A stretch of 64,000 bases of DNA from Chamaesiphon sp. (GTDB lineage: Bacteria > Cyanobacteriota > Cyanobacteriia > Cyanobacteriales > Chamaesiphonaceae): the NCBI GenBank assembly GCA_965246715.1, contig CBDFFH010000015.1, positions 288,001 to 352,000 of the forward strand, given 5' to 3'. The notes under the pieces are model-generated. The model was not told the origin of the DNA and did no database searches. It saw nothing but the letters and a program-made list of their open reading frames with translations. Position 1 is the first letter of the stretch; the number at the start of each line of letters is the position of its first letter. Position numbers and translations under genes: made by a program. Of this stretch, positions 1 to 10,290 are shown piece by piece.

Positions 1-142
1 GAACTCGATCGCTATCTCTGTCAAACTGTTGCTTAATTCACGTCCACACTAGTTGTTCCGTTATCAGCTGCACGTTCCTTTTGTCTTCTACACGGTCTTG
101 TCCAAATAAATAAGGACTGACTGGTTAAAGCGGAGATCTGAG

Positions 143-363
143 GGTACCCACAAGGGGCACCCCCTACACAATTAACCTGTAACAGGGTGGATTAATTGTC
201 GGGGAATAAAATCTACAACCCTAGTATTTAGTCTTCAACCGCCCTGAAATGAATTTCGGGCTAACAGCAAAAGTTCATTTCATGAACTAAGATATTTTTC
301 TTTGAGGACTATTAATCCACCCTGCTACACAATTAACCTGTAGGGGTGTCCCTTGTGGTTACC
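143..363. repeat. GTAG/TGTAG-type REP-like palindrome (arms 143-168 and 339-363) interrupted by a MITE
   Basis: Left arm ggtacccacaaggggcacccc..ctaca and right arm tgtaggggtgtcccttgtggttacc are imperfect inverted repeats. Confidence 0.7.
178..329. mobile_element. 152-bp MITE with 23-bp TIRs and 9-bp target duplication CAATTAACC
   Basis: TIR tgtaacagggtggattaattgtc (178-200) vs gactattaatccaccctgctaca (307-329), 2 mismatches; caattaacc at 169-177 and 330-338; internal hairpin gccctgaaatgaatttcgggc. Confidence 0.8.
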
Positions 364-662
364 ATGAATCCATACCACGCAAAAGTATGTTTGAACTGGT
401 GCAAGATGTGAGTCTTCTTACTCAACCTCTTTACCTAGAAGCTATTTATATTCCGCTCAACTCACTCGCCGAATTGTAACGAAATAGATATGAAATTCAA
501 ATATATCGACCGAGCTTGCCAAATATAAAGAAAATCTATATATTATTTCGAGTCAACGATCTCGATCGACTAGTCATAATCGAGAGCCGGTAGGTATTAG
601 CGGTATTTTCCCGACGCTCGATCGACTCAGCCTCAGTTTTCCTGTCAGCCGATTTTGAAGTT

Positions 663-1118
663 ATGCCCCAGATAGTTTTAGTCAATCCTCAGATTCCACC
701 CAATACTGGCAATATCGCCCGCACATGCGCTGCCACTCGTACCAAATTGCACTTGGTCGGCCCGCTCGGCTTTGAAATCACCGATCGCTACCTCAAACGC
801 GCTGGATTAGATTACTGGCCTTACGTACAGCTCCAAATTCACGATTCGATCGAGACATTTATCGAATTTCGACTCCAACAGCCTGGACGCTGGGTGGGAT
901 TTAGCGTTCGGGGAACCTGCAGCCATTTTAAATTTCAGTTTCAAGCCGATGATTGGCTGTTATTTGGCAGTGAAACTAACGGACTGCCAGCAGAAATTAT
1001 CGATCGCTGCGATGCAACTGTGTATATTCCGACGATCGAGCCAGGGGTCAGAAGTCTCAATCTCTCTGTCAGTGCTGCTGTCGGACTCTTTGAAGCTCAG
1101 CGGCAGTTGAGCGTGTAA
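663..1118 (+). CDS. trmL: tRNA (cytidine(34)-2'-O)-methyltransferase, SpoU family
   Basis: PQIPPNTGNIARTC, LKRAGLDYW, FGSETNGLP and RSLNLS motifs. Confidence 0.95.
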   Translation: MPQIVLVNPQIPPNTGNIARTCAATRTKLHLVGPLGFEITDRYLKRAGLDYWPYVQLQIHDSIETFIEFRLQQPGRWVGFSVRGTCSHFKFQFQADDWLLFGSETNGLPAEIIDRCDATVYIPTIEPGVRSLNLSVSAAVGLFEAQRQLSV

Positions 1119-1823
1119 TCGGTTGTCAGTGACGGTAGACATTAGTTGGCCAGACAGCAAAAAATCAGCGGATTTAGATAAGAAATTTATATCATCGATC
1201 GGTTAGATTCATCGCAATGAAATTTGTGATTGCTTATTTATTAGCTCGGCAACTCGCTGGATAATCGAGACAGAAAGCATCCAGATTAAAAAAATATCGT
1301 AGTTGTTGATACCAGAAATTAGTTGACAAAATTCCCCTGCGTAGATTCACGGTTGTCGATTGAGTAATTTGTTGTTTAAAGTCATGTTAATTCATGTTTA
1401 GCCGCTCAGAGTGACGACAGCAAGCCAATCTAGCTGCACGATTAAAAACTAATTTAGATCGATATTTATGCTCTCAAAGCCTGTGTTCGTCTAGCTTAGA
1501 ACACCATCTACTCACCCTGAAAATGAACTTAAATCACCGATCGATCTAAAAAAAACTTGCAAATTTTTGCATCATCACCTAAAGTAGCTTAAGCAGTCAG
1601 GGATCGCTACCTACCAACGCCAATTTAAAGGTTTTGTTAGACTAGATCTAAAAATTGACTGGCACTACAAATACTCGATCGTTTTGTATTAATTACTCAA
1701 CTATCGTAGTTAACAATATTTATTTTTTGGTGAGAGAAGGAGCGAACGGTCGGAAAGCAATGAGTTAATTCAGACAAACTCAGCCAACTGGCTCAAATAG
1801 TACTCAAAATTAGGAGGTCATTT

Positions 1824-2825
1824 TTGTTGAAACCCGAAATTACACAGAAAGTCAAATTAGTTCATTCCCTGGACACTCATCAAGATGCGATGGCGAACCA
1901 GTCGTCCGTAGCAATTCCTGGGCAACCGTCAGGTTTGGCAAAACTTGCCTCTCTGTTTGGTAATCATCGGAGTCGCACTTCCACAATCATGCTTGGTTTG
2001 GCCGTCTCGATGGGGATATCTAGCTTCCCAACCAACTGTCTCGATGCGCTCGCACTAACGGAGACCGATCGAGCAGCAACTAGCTCGGTTAGTCCAAATG
2101 CTTCAGTCATAGATTCACAATCGAATCGGGTGACCACTGCCGATCCTTACGTAGAGCAGTTACATAGTGATATCTCAGGCATGAGAGCGCAGCACGAGCG
2201 TCAACCTGAAGTACTCATCGCTCAGGCGCTACCCACGACTTCTTATCCTTTATCAGTGGCCAATCGCACTGATGCTAATAATTTACAATTTGGTGGCGAA
2301 GCATCGGTATCGATCGACGTACCTGCACCAAGAACGAGAACTTTCAAGTTTGTACCTAATACCCAAGCTTACAATCCTAGTGTGAGTGGTGATGAGGGCT
2401 ATCAAGACAGCACTACTCCCACTAACAAATCTGGTGAAACCACGATCGGTTTTACTTGGCCTGCCGCAGGTACATTGACCTCTCGCTTCGGTCGACGGTG
2501 GGGTAGAATGCACAAGGGTATCGATATTGCTGGCCCCGTCGGTACGCCAATCAATGCCGCAGCTGATGGTACTGTCATCGCCGCTGGCTGGAGTTCTGGC
2601 GGTTATGGTAACTTAGTTGAAGTCAGACATAACGATGGTACCACCACGCGTTATGGGCACAATAGTCGGTTGTCGGTCAGCGTTGGTCAAATCGTTCGCC
2701 AAGGTCAACAAGTTGCAGAAATGGGCAGCACTGGTCACAGTACCGGATCTCACCTGCACTTTGAAATTCGCCCCAGTGGTGGTGATGCCGTCAATCCGAT
2801 CGCCCATCTTCCAGCTAATAGCTAA
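1824..2825 (+). CDS. M23 family metallopeptidase (NlpD-like, no obvious LysM)
   Basis: C-terminal HKGIDIA...YGH...GHSTGSHLHFEI; SD-like aggagg upstream of TTG start. Confidence 0.9.
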   Translation: MLKPEITQKVKLVHSLDTHQDAMANQSSVAIPGQPSGLAKLASLFGNHRSRTSTIMLGLAVSMGISSFPTNCLDALALTETDRAATSSVSPNASVIDSQSNRVTTADPYVEQLHSDISGMRAQHERQPEVLIAQALPTTSYPLSVANRTDANNLQFGGEASVSIDVPAPRTRTFKFVPNTQAYNPSVSGDEGYQDSTTPTNKSGETTIGFTWPAAGTLTSRFGRRWGRMHKGIDIAGPVGTPINAAADGTVIAAGWSSGGYGNLVEVRHNDGTTTRYGHNSRLSVSVGQIVRQGQQVAEMGSTGHSTGSHLHFEIRPSGGDAVNPIAHLPANS

Positions 2826-2960
2826 TTCGATGGCTTTTGTGTTGTCATGTTAATGCGCTGCTAGATAAATCTCGATCGAATTACTCGTTCCAAACTTATT
2901 TGGCAGCAAATGTAACCAAACAACATTTTTAATGCTATGATGGTATACGTTAAATAACAC

Positions 2961-3033
2961 GGCTCAATAGCTCAGTCGGTAGAGTAGGGGACTCATAAGC
3001 CCTTGGTCGTCAGTTCAAGTCTGACTTGAGCCA
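2961..3033 (+). tRNA. tRNA-Met (CAT), probably elongator
   Basis: Acceptor GGCTCAA/TTGAGCC, D-arm TAGCTCAGTCGGTAGAG, anticodon loop CTCATAA, T-loop GTTCAAGTC. Confidence 0.92.
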
Positions 3034-3086
3034 TACCAAATTGAAGTACCAGTAGTAATCATCCTAGCCTGAAATATTCAGTTAAG

Positions 3087-4214
3087 ATGTTACGGCTGGT
3101 ACTTTCTTTACATTTATTTTTATCAAAATCGATCGGCACATTGGCGGAAAACTTTCGATCGGAATTAGAGCTTTCTTGGCTAGGTCGAGCGAGCGATCTG
3201 GTGACCGCATTTGCCTGGTCGCCTGCTGGAGATAGCTGGGCAGCAAGTTCGGCCAATGGCGAAGCGCTCTGGAATATTGGCGGTGGCGAATTAGATTTTT
3301 TAAGGCAAGCAGATGGGCGGTCGATCGACAAAATTGCCTTTAGTGCGGATGGTCGCTGGCTAGCAGCAGGCGGGCAAGCCGGAAAATTATGGGTGTGGAA
3401 TTGTGAAGATCTCCAGTTACCGCCACAGCTAGTTGCGACAATCGAGATCGATCGCTGGATCGAGCAACTAGTTTGGCACCCGACTACCGCCCATTTAGCC
3501 ATAAGTCACGATCGCCACGTCAAGATTTGGGAGGCGATCGCCGATCGCGAAATTGGCAATTGGCAATTCGATAAATCTTCCGTCTTCGATCTGAGCTGGC
3601 ATCCGGCTGGATTAACCCTCGCCGTAGCTGGCTACAAAGGTGTCCAAAGCTGGTCTCCTGGAGCTAATGCCTCCCAGATCGCTCGGCTAGAAGTAGACAC
3701 AGCGAGTATTAAGCTAGCTTGGTCTGATGACGGTCGGTATCTCGCTACAGGCAATCTCGATCGCACCCTGACGATTAGGGACGAGCAGCATCCAGACGAC
3801 CCCTGGATTTTACAAGGCTGCCCTGGCAAAATTCACCATCTCCACTGGCTCGAGGGAACGACTAGCCCTTGTTTGGCGGTGGCTGGGGGGACGGCGCTGC
3901 TGCTATGGGATTTGAGTCCAGATACTACCGCTTGGAGCGGTCGGTTTGGGGAGGGGCATCAAAGCACTATTACCGCACTCACCACACATCCCCAGCTTGC
4001 TGTCCCGACATCTGGAGATAATGATGGCTATGTTTGCCTGTGGTCGGTTGCGGGAGAAATCGAACAAATTTTCAGGAATAACGTCAGTGGAATTACGACG
4101 CTCGACTGGCACGGTTGCGGCCAGCAGCTGGCGATCGGACATCTCAGTGGCGAGATCGCAATTATGGGTGGCGGCATCAGCATAAATACTGATGATGAGG
4201 CCAAATTAGTATGA
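3087..4214 (+). CDS. WD40 repeat protein (start may be TTG at 3141)
   Basis: Repeated AWSP/AFSADG/WHP...LLWD WD40-like blades. Confidence 0.85.
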   Translation: MLRLVLSLHLFLSKSIGTLAENFRSELELSWLGRASDLVTAFAWSPAGDSWAASSANGEALWNIGGGELDFLRQADGRSIDKIAFSADGRWLAAGGQAGKLWVWNCEDLQLPPQLVATIEIDRWIEQLVWHPTTAHLAISHDRHVKIWEAIADREIGNWQFDKSSVFDLSWHPAGLTLAVAGYKGVQSWSPGANASQIARLEVDTASIKLAWSDDGRYLATGNLDRTLTIRDEQHPDDPWILQGCPGKIHHLHWLEGTTSPCLAVAGGTALLLWDLSPDTTAWSGRFGEGHQSTITALTTHPQLAVPTSGDNDGYVCLWSVAGEIEQIFRNNVSGITTLDWHGCGQQLAIGHLSGEIAIMGGGISINTDDEAKLV

Positions 4215-4544
4215 TAAAATGTCAGTATAAGTGTAACACGTTGTCTGCTAGGTTGAATCTAGATTGAGATGTATCATGTTATTCGCAAGCGTAGCGATGA
4301 CAATTACATCAGCTTGGATGATAGGCAGATGATGTAGGCCACGTCCCTCTTTGCTCTATGCCAATCGATCGAAAGATGTAGGCAGAATTTAATTCAAACA
4401 TCCTCTCGCAAGTAACCGATTACTCAACTTTCTTGGGTGAAGATCGGTTAACAGCAAGATTGACTGTTCGACAAAATCTAGTCGAGCTAAAGGATCTAAG
4501 CGAGCTTATCGTAACTAAGAAACCTCCATTTTGAAAGAGTTAAT

Positions 4545-5978
4545 TTGAAGATGTTAAAAATTTGGCTTACCTGGTTACAACCTAGTCTTGGCATACTGGG
4601 AGTAGTGTTAGTTTTGGCTAGCCCCCTCTACTCATTGGCCGCACAAAAACCAAGCACAGCCAGCCGTGCGAACAAAGCAATCCCATCGAAAACCATTGAG
4701 ACAGAATTACCCTTGGCTGGTATCGCTGCGACCCCAGACTTGGCGGTGCGGCAACTCGCGATCGGCGCGATGAACCAAACTAGCGATCGCTCGAATGTAT
4801 TGGCAGCTAAAAGTAGACAACAAAGCAATCGCGATGCTTTAGATAGCTTTTTGGCACCATCAATATCTCAGGCGGCAGCAACCAAAACGACCAAACCAAA
4901 AGCTGTCAAACGTTCGGTTACAACCACAGCTTTAGCCCGAACGGTCAAAACTAAAACTACCGCCCCAGTCTCAGGCTTGTTTATCGGCAACAGCGACGTT
5001 CGTGTAGCTACTAGATTTTCCCCTAATTCCAGCCGAGCGGTTCAACCGATTGCTTCGAGTACAGAAATTGGCGCTCCAACTCCACTGTCAGCCATGATGG
5101 CAGCATCGAAGGTCGTCGATCCTTATCCAGTGGTTCGTCCAGAATTAATGCAAAAGTTGGCGAAAACTCCAGCACTTGCTACTGCACCAGTATCACAACC
5201 GCTCAACCCGATCGCAACTATCCCATTAGGGATGAATAAGGTGCAATCAACGCTCAAGCCGATGGCAACAACAGTGCCATCGATCGCCAACAAGGCACCA
5301 CAAGCGTTCAAGCCTACTGTTACTACTAAAGTAACTAGAGAAGTAACACATTCGCTCGACCCAATCGCCAAAATTCCTTCCGGCTTCCATCAAGAGGTGC
5401 CACATTCTCTCGATCCGATTGCGTCGATACCTTCGGGACTGCAACGCTTATTGGGTAACAACCTGAATAACGATCGTCCAGTTGCTCCCATTCGTGTAGC
5501 TAAGGCAAACGTTGCAAAAGCTAATCCATTGAAAGCTAAATCATTGTTAGCGCTCAATCAGCTCATCGCCCCCACCACAGCACCAGAAATTGCTAGTGGT
5601 TTGACCCTCAAATTAGCTACAGCGCAAGCATACACCAGCGTACCAAAATTTGATATTCCTGGCGAACGGCTCTCATCTGTGACTCTTGCCAAACCCGCTA
5701 CTGCGGTTACATCGGCTAAGCGCTTACAAAAACTAGCGCTCATCGCAACAGTCCAACGGAAGAGCAACTACGTAACCCTAATGACCGCGCGTCGCTTAGA
5801 GTCCAATCCGAAATCATCTTGGACGCTAATCGGACAACGCAACAATTTGGGCGGTTTGATTTTAGGATCGCAACCACAAACCACACTGACTAGCAGAATT
5901 GGCTTGGAACCAACGAGTGAAGTCAAAACTACCGTTGCCGATCGATTGTCTGGTATCCGTCAATCGCCGATTAACTAA
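4545..5978 (+). CDS. Hypothetical exported Ala/Thr/Pro/Lys-rich protein with internal LDPIAxIPSG repeats
   Basis: 477-aa ORF, signal-peptide-like N-terminus, followed by a palindrome. Confidence 0.7.
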   Translation: MKMLKIWLTWLQPSLGILGVVLVLASPLYSLAAQKPSTASRANKAIPSKTIETELPLAGIAATPDLAVRQLAIGAMNQTSDRSNVLAAKSRQQSNRDALDSFLAPSISQAAATKTTKPKAVKRSVTTTALARTVKTKTTAPVSGLFIGNSDVRVATRFSPNSSRAVQPIASSTEIGAPTPLSAMMAASKVVDPYPVVRPELMQKLAKTPALATAPVSQPLNPIATIPLGMNKVQSTLKPMATTVPSIANKAPQAFKPTVTTKVTREVTHSLDPIAKIPSGFHQEVPHSLDPIASIPSGLQRLLGNNLNNDRPVAPIRVAKANVAKANPLKAKSLLALNQLIAPTTAPEIASGLTLKLATAQAYTSVPKFDIPGERLSSVTLAKPATAVTSAKRLQKLALIATVQRKSNYVTLMTARRLESNPKSSWTLIGQRNNLGGLILGSQPQTTLTSRIGLEPTSEVKTTVADRLSGIRQSPIN

Positions 5979-6005
5979 CACACATTCATAATACCAAATC
6001 AACTT

Positions 6006-6043
6006 AAATCTGCTGTAACGCTCGCGAGCGTTACAGCAGATTT
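6006..6043. terminator. 38-bp perfect palindrome, likely terminator
   Basis: aaatctgctgtaacgctcg|cgagcgttacagcagattt, 28 bp after the stop codon. Confidence 0.65.
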
Positions 6044-6164
6044 GCTTTGGAGCAACACAAATCGGCTGGAATATCTCTAGCTATTTTCACTGTCCCGATC
6101 GATCGAGTTACATTGCTTCATATCAATCGCACTTGGGGCCTCGATCGCCTATACTAGATTCGCT

Positions 6165-6593
6165 ATGAACGATCGCATCGAACGAATTGAATCTGTAAAG
6201 GCCGGCAGTCTCAGTGGGATTGCCACGGGTATGGCTTATGGTGCGATATTGGGACTCGATCGCCTTGTATTCAGTCGACACTCTGGCGCGTTAAGTAGTG
6301 TGGCTTTAGAAGTCGCGATCGCCATCACAGGGGGCTTTTTATTTGGTGTTACCTACCGCTACATCATTCGGACCGATCGCAACGATCATCTCAACTCTGG
6401 TGCGGTACTCGCCTTTGGGTTAGTTCGAGGTTTGGCACAGGTCAACGTTCGCGACGTAGAGATGTCACAGATCGGGTTGAATAGCCTCACTGTGGCTGAG
6501 AATATTTTGCTATTTACGATCGCGCGCCATACACTCGATTATGCACTAGCGGCTCGCTGGATTTTGCCGTTTAAATCTTCATCGCTGGAGTGA
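6165..6593 (+). CDS. Conserved cyanobacterial membrane protein, function unknown
   Basis: ERIESVKAG...LFGVTYRYIIRTD.N.HL.SGAVLAFGLVRGLAQ; hydrophobic helices. Confidence 0.8.
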   Translation: MNDRIERIESVKAGSLSGIATGMAYGAILGLDRLVFSRHSGALSSVALEVAIAITGGFLFGVTYRYIIRTDRNDHLNSGAVLAFGLVRGLAQVNVRDVEMSQIGLNSLTVAENILLFTIARHTLDYALAARWILPFKSSSLE

Positions 6594-6656
6594 TTTAACA
6601 GACAGTGGATAGTTGTTTATAAATGTTAGTAAAGCGATTCGAGTTGAAATTTTAAG

Positions 6657-6826
6657 TAACGTCAGTTCGGGTTAAGGATATTTGCTCCGTTCTCGCACCG
6701 CACTCGATTGAAATCGGTGCTAGTAGTGCAAAGTCCGCCTTCGCGGACTGAGAAAATAGTCCGCGAAGGCGGACTTTGCATCATGAACCGAGACTTCAGT
6801 CTCCGGGCTATTATTAACCCGAACTC
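6657..6826. mobile_element. MITE family A, copy 1 (TIR taacgtcagttcgggttaa / ttaacccgaact)
   Basis: Internal 23-bp perfect inverted repeat 6727-6749/6758-6780; homologous to 57379-57554. Confidence 0.8.
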
Positions 6827-6980
6827 CTAAGAACCAAAATTTTCCTACGCGACTAAACTAGATTCTGGGAGATGGTTCTAGCCTTCTCGCTACCGATTAG
6901 AAGTAAACCCCCTCTACCTGTTTCTTTCGTCCTTCCTGCGGCGCGCCCCATTGGAGACTCACGTTAAGTACGGTAGCGAG

Positions 6981-8105
6981 TTAGTCCCATAATCGGCGAC
7001 CTTCGCTAGTGTGCAATCGATCGTGTGTATCGGCTAATAGCGCGGGGATATTCAACTCATGCGGACAACGGGGCAAACAATCGCCACATTCATTACACCG
7101 ATTTGCTTTCATGCCTGGAAACCAATGTCCGACATTTTCAAACATCCGATAGCGATATTGCCCATAGTCAGTTAGATCGTAGGCGATCGCCAGATTTCGC
7201 AGGCGTAAAACTTCAGGAATATTAATCTGAGCGGGACAAGGCAAACAAGCATAACATTGACCGCACAAATCGGTATCGAGACTGGCTGGTAATTGTCGCT
7301 CTAACCGATCGATAATTGCAAGTTCACCATCAGTCAGTGGATCGTCGGCATCAGCAACAGCTAGCGCAGGATACAGCTCATCAGGATTAGCCGCACCCAA
7401 ACTCAGCGTCCCGATCCTGGGGTCAGCCAACAGCCAACGATAATTAAAAGCTAGTGGAGTTAATGGGTCACATAGTTGTGTTAGCTTTGGCGGTGGCGTG
7501 TAGAGTTTGCCACCTTTATCCGCAGGGGAGATGATAAATATCCCCATGTCATGCTTACTAGCTAACTCGATCGCTGGTGCCAACCGTTGGAAGAAGTAGT
7601 AATAATGCAGATTAATAAATTCAAATAGCTGTGTCTCGATCGCGGCCTTAATTAGCTCTAAACTCCCGTGAGTGGAAAAACCAACGTGTCTGACTTTACC
7701 GCACTCGATCGCGTCAGCAACAGCCTGGTAGCAGCCAGAGCGTACCCAATCTAAATGTTCTGGCGTGTTGATACCATGAATTGCCAGACAATCGATGTAA
7801 TCTAGCTGCAACCGCTCTAAAGATTCATCGATCCACTGAGCCATCACCGCGCGATCGGGTGTAGGCGGCAACTTGGTTGTAACATACAACTCAGCTCTCG
7901 GGACTGGTAACTCACGCTGGAGCGCCTGTCCTAGATAAGCTTCACTTTGCCCATAGCCCCGCGCCGTCTCGATATGGTTGATCCCACTGACGATCGCTCG
8001 ATGCACTGTTTGATAAGCTACTTCACTGTCAGCCAAACAGCGCATCGTCCCCAAGGAAAATGCGGATAGGAGTAGATTGGTTCGACCAAAACGACGGTAG
8101 TGCAA
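6981..8105 (-). CDS. Aldo/keto reductase with C-terminal 4Fe-4S dicluster domain
   Basis: HIETARGYG, VGFSTHG; CGQCYACLPCP and CNECGDCLPRCP. Confidence 0.9.
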   Translation of the reverse strand: MHYRRFGRTNLLLSAFSLGTMRCLADSEVAYQTVHRAIVSGINHIETARGYGQSEAYLGQALQRELPVPRAELYVTTKLPPTPDRAVMAQWIDESLERLQLDYIDCLAIHGINTPEHLDWVRSGCYQAVADAIECGKVRHVGFSTHGSLELIKAAIETQLFEFINLHYYYFFQRLAPAIELASKHDMGIFIISPADKGGKLYTPPPKLTQLCDPLTPLAFNYRWLLADPRIGTLSLGAANPDELYPALAVADADDPLTDGELAIIDRLERQLPASLDTDLCGQCYACLPCPAQINIPEVLRLRNLAIAYDLTDYGQYRYRMFENVGHWFPGMKANRCNECGDCLPRCPHELNIPALLADTHDRLHTSEGRRLWD

Positions 8106-8277
8106 TTAATTAGTGGTGGCTAGTTCCGATCGCAACCGCCTCTGGTTAAATTCCCATCCTCTGCGTTGACAGATACTATGCGAACGCAGCGGTGCCCGTT
8201 GGTGAAGCCTTTCCGGCGGAATTAGGGCGGTGGGTAGGGACTACGCCGATCGGCAGGCATGGATGCGTATGTGGGTG

Positions 8278-8772
8278 TTACTGCGTGCAACCACCTTTGC
8301 GAATCAGGTCATCAGGGCTGAGATTGGAGACAAAGCTGCGAAAAGCTTGACGCTCTTGTTCGTCGGCATCCCGATCGACTGGAATCGAAGCATCGGCAAT
8401 CACTTCCTCGATCACCCAGATTGGTGCTTTGGTGCGGATGGCAACTGCGATCGCATCGCTCGGACGCGCATCGATTTCTTTAATTTGACCATTCTGATTG
8501 ATCACGATCGAGGCATAAAAAGTATTGTCTTGTAAGGAATCGATCGTAATCCGATCGACCTTGATGTCACAACTATCAAAGATATTTACAATCAGATCGT
8601 GGGTAAATGGTCTAGGTGGCGTTTGCTTTTCAAGTGCGTTGATAATCGCCTTTGCCTGGTCTTGGCTGATGTAGATGGGCAAAGCGCGGCGATCGGAAGC
8701 ATCTTTTAGTAAAATGATAGGACTCCGAGATACAGCATCTAATGCAATCCCCGCTACTTTCATTTCGATCAT
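8278..8772 (-). CDS. Bifunctional nuclease family protein (DUF151)
   Basis: RALPIYI, PPRPFTHDL, IDARPSDAIA. Confidence 0.92.
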   Translation of the reverse strand: MIEMKVAGIALDAVSRSPIILLKDASDRRALPIYISQDQAKAIINALEKQTPPRPFTHDLIVNIFDSCDIKVDRITIDSLQDNTFYASIVINQNGQIKEIDARPSDAIAVAIRTKAPIWVIEEVIADASIPVDRDADEQERQAFRSFVSNLSPDDLIRKGGCTQ

Positions 8773-8939
8773 GACTGTTACCTTTAGATAGTTGGTGGTT
8801 GAGAGTGTTAAAGTTTAAAATAAAATCTGAAATCGTAATTAATCCGAGCAGAACTTTAGACCTTTGGAATTAATGCGGATATGTATCAAGGATGGCCTAG
8901 AAACCATCGAATCGCGTATAGTACTTTGACTGAAAATAG

Positions 8940-9632
8940 ATGTTTACAGGACTAGTCCAATCGCTGGGAAATTTGCGCCTTTTGACCGAGGACAAGTTGG
9001 AAGTTTTGTGCGTGCCACCAGACTCAGAGCTAATTTTAACAGATTTGAGGATTGGAGATAGTGTATCAGTAGATGGGGCGTGTTTGACAGTAGAACAAAT
9101 TTTACCACAAGGTTTTATCGCTTCTATTTCTCCTGAAACTTTAGATCGGACAACGATCGGTCAGCGCGCTCGAACAGCAACTCATGTAAATTTAGAAACA
9201 TCACTCCGTGTTGGTGGCAAAATCGGCGGTCATTTTGTTACCGGACATATCGACGGCGTAGGAAGATCGATCTCGGCTACGTCAACAGCAACTTCTTGGG
9301 AACTGCGGTTTGCTGCACCCCTAAATCTAACTCAACAGTGGTCGGATTATATCAGTCACTATTTAGTATCGAAAGGAAGTATTGCAGTTAATGGTGTGAG
9401 TTTGACAATTGCTGACTGCGATCCGGCGGGAAGTTGGTTTACAGTAGCGGTGATTCCACATACTTACACTCATACAAATCTGTCCGAACTCAAACCTGAT
9501 GAATGGGTAAATTTAGAAGTAGATATATTAGGTAAATATGTCGAGAAAATGCTGCGGGGTTCGTCACATTCTCGATCGCGCGATCGATCGCCGATTACCA
9601 CGGACTTTTTAATCGCCAATGGCTATCAGTAG
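8940..9632 (+). CDS. ribE: Riboflavin synthase alpha chain
   Basis: MFTGLV start, GDSVSVDGACLTV, GGHFVTGHIDG, KGSIAVNGVSLT. Confidence 0.95.
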   Translation: MFTGLVQSLGNLRLLTEDKLEVLCVPPDSELILTDLRIGDSVSVDGACLTVEQILPQGFIASISPETLDRTTIGQRARTATHVNLETSLRVGGKIGGHFVTGHIDGVGRSISATSTATSWELRFAAPLNLTQQWSDYISHYLVSKGSIAVNGVSLTIADCDPAGSWFTVAVIPHTYTHTNLSELKPDEWVNLEVDILGKYVEKMLRGSSHSRSRDRSPITTDFLIANGYQ

Positions 9633-10052
9633 TCGATCGGTGACAGGTCGCCATCGCTGCGATGCGTCTACAGCTAGAAACTAACAGAATCCGACTGCAA
9701 CCGCTTGTTTTTTCCTTTGCTAAAGGCTAAATTTATCGGCTCTGCAGCCGCTCTAGATTAAGATCTTACAACAAATTTGAATTTAGGGATCGCTAATTTT
9801 TAAGTTGCAGATCGATGCTTTTGTCGGGAACTCATGGCATTAAAATTGAGACGATCGAACCGTACAGATCCAGGCTATTTCACTCGATCGACACTGTCTA
9901 GAATCTAGTTGACATGAATTTTGTAACGTATTGTAGGTTTCGGTTTGTATGGTGGGTACTACCCATAGTATAGACTAAGCAATTAACTAACAGATCTATA
10001 ACTATTTTTGATATACTGCGATCGTCAGCAAACAAATCTCATTACGCTACAA

Positions 10053-10290
10053 CCCACATTCCGCTAGTTGGGGAGCGGTAAAAATAATTAAGAATTTGGT
10101 GCAGGGAGAAGATAGTAGCGACGACAAGAATGACTGAAAAACTGTAAGATATGCAGTCGGTCGTCGGTCAAATTAACAACTTGTTGAACACTCTGAAAAA
10201 CGACCAGATGGACAGTCATAAAAAACTGAAAAACCCATCTGAGAGTTGGAGAGGATGTCGGTTTGCCCAATTGATTGGGAATTGTCTCAT
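10053..10290 (-). pseudogene. IS1634-family transposase 3' remnant with terminal repeat CCCACATTCCGC
   Basis: ETIPNQLGKPTSSPTLRWVFQ...YYLLP is the typical IS1634 C-terminus; repeat begins at 10053. Confidence 0.8.

Noticed and set aside
2961..4214. tRNA-Met as an island integration site
   Set aside because: No adjacent integrase and no duplicated tRNA 3' end seen in the window.
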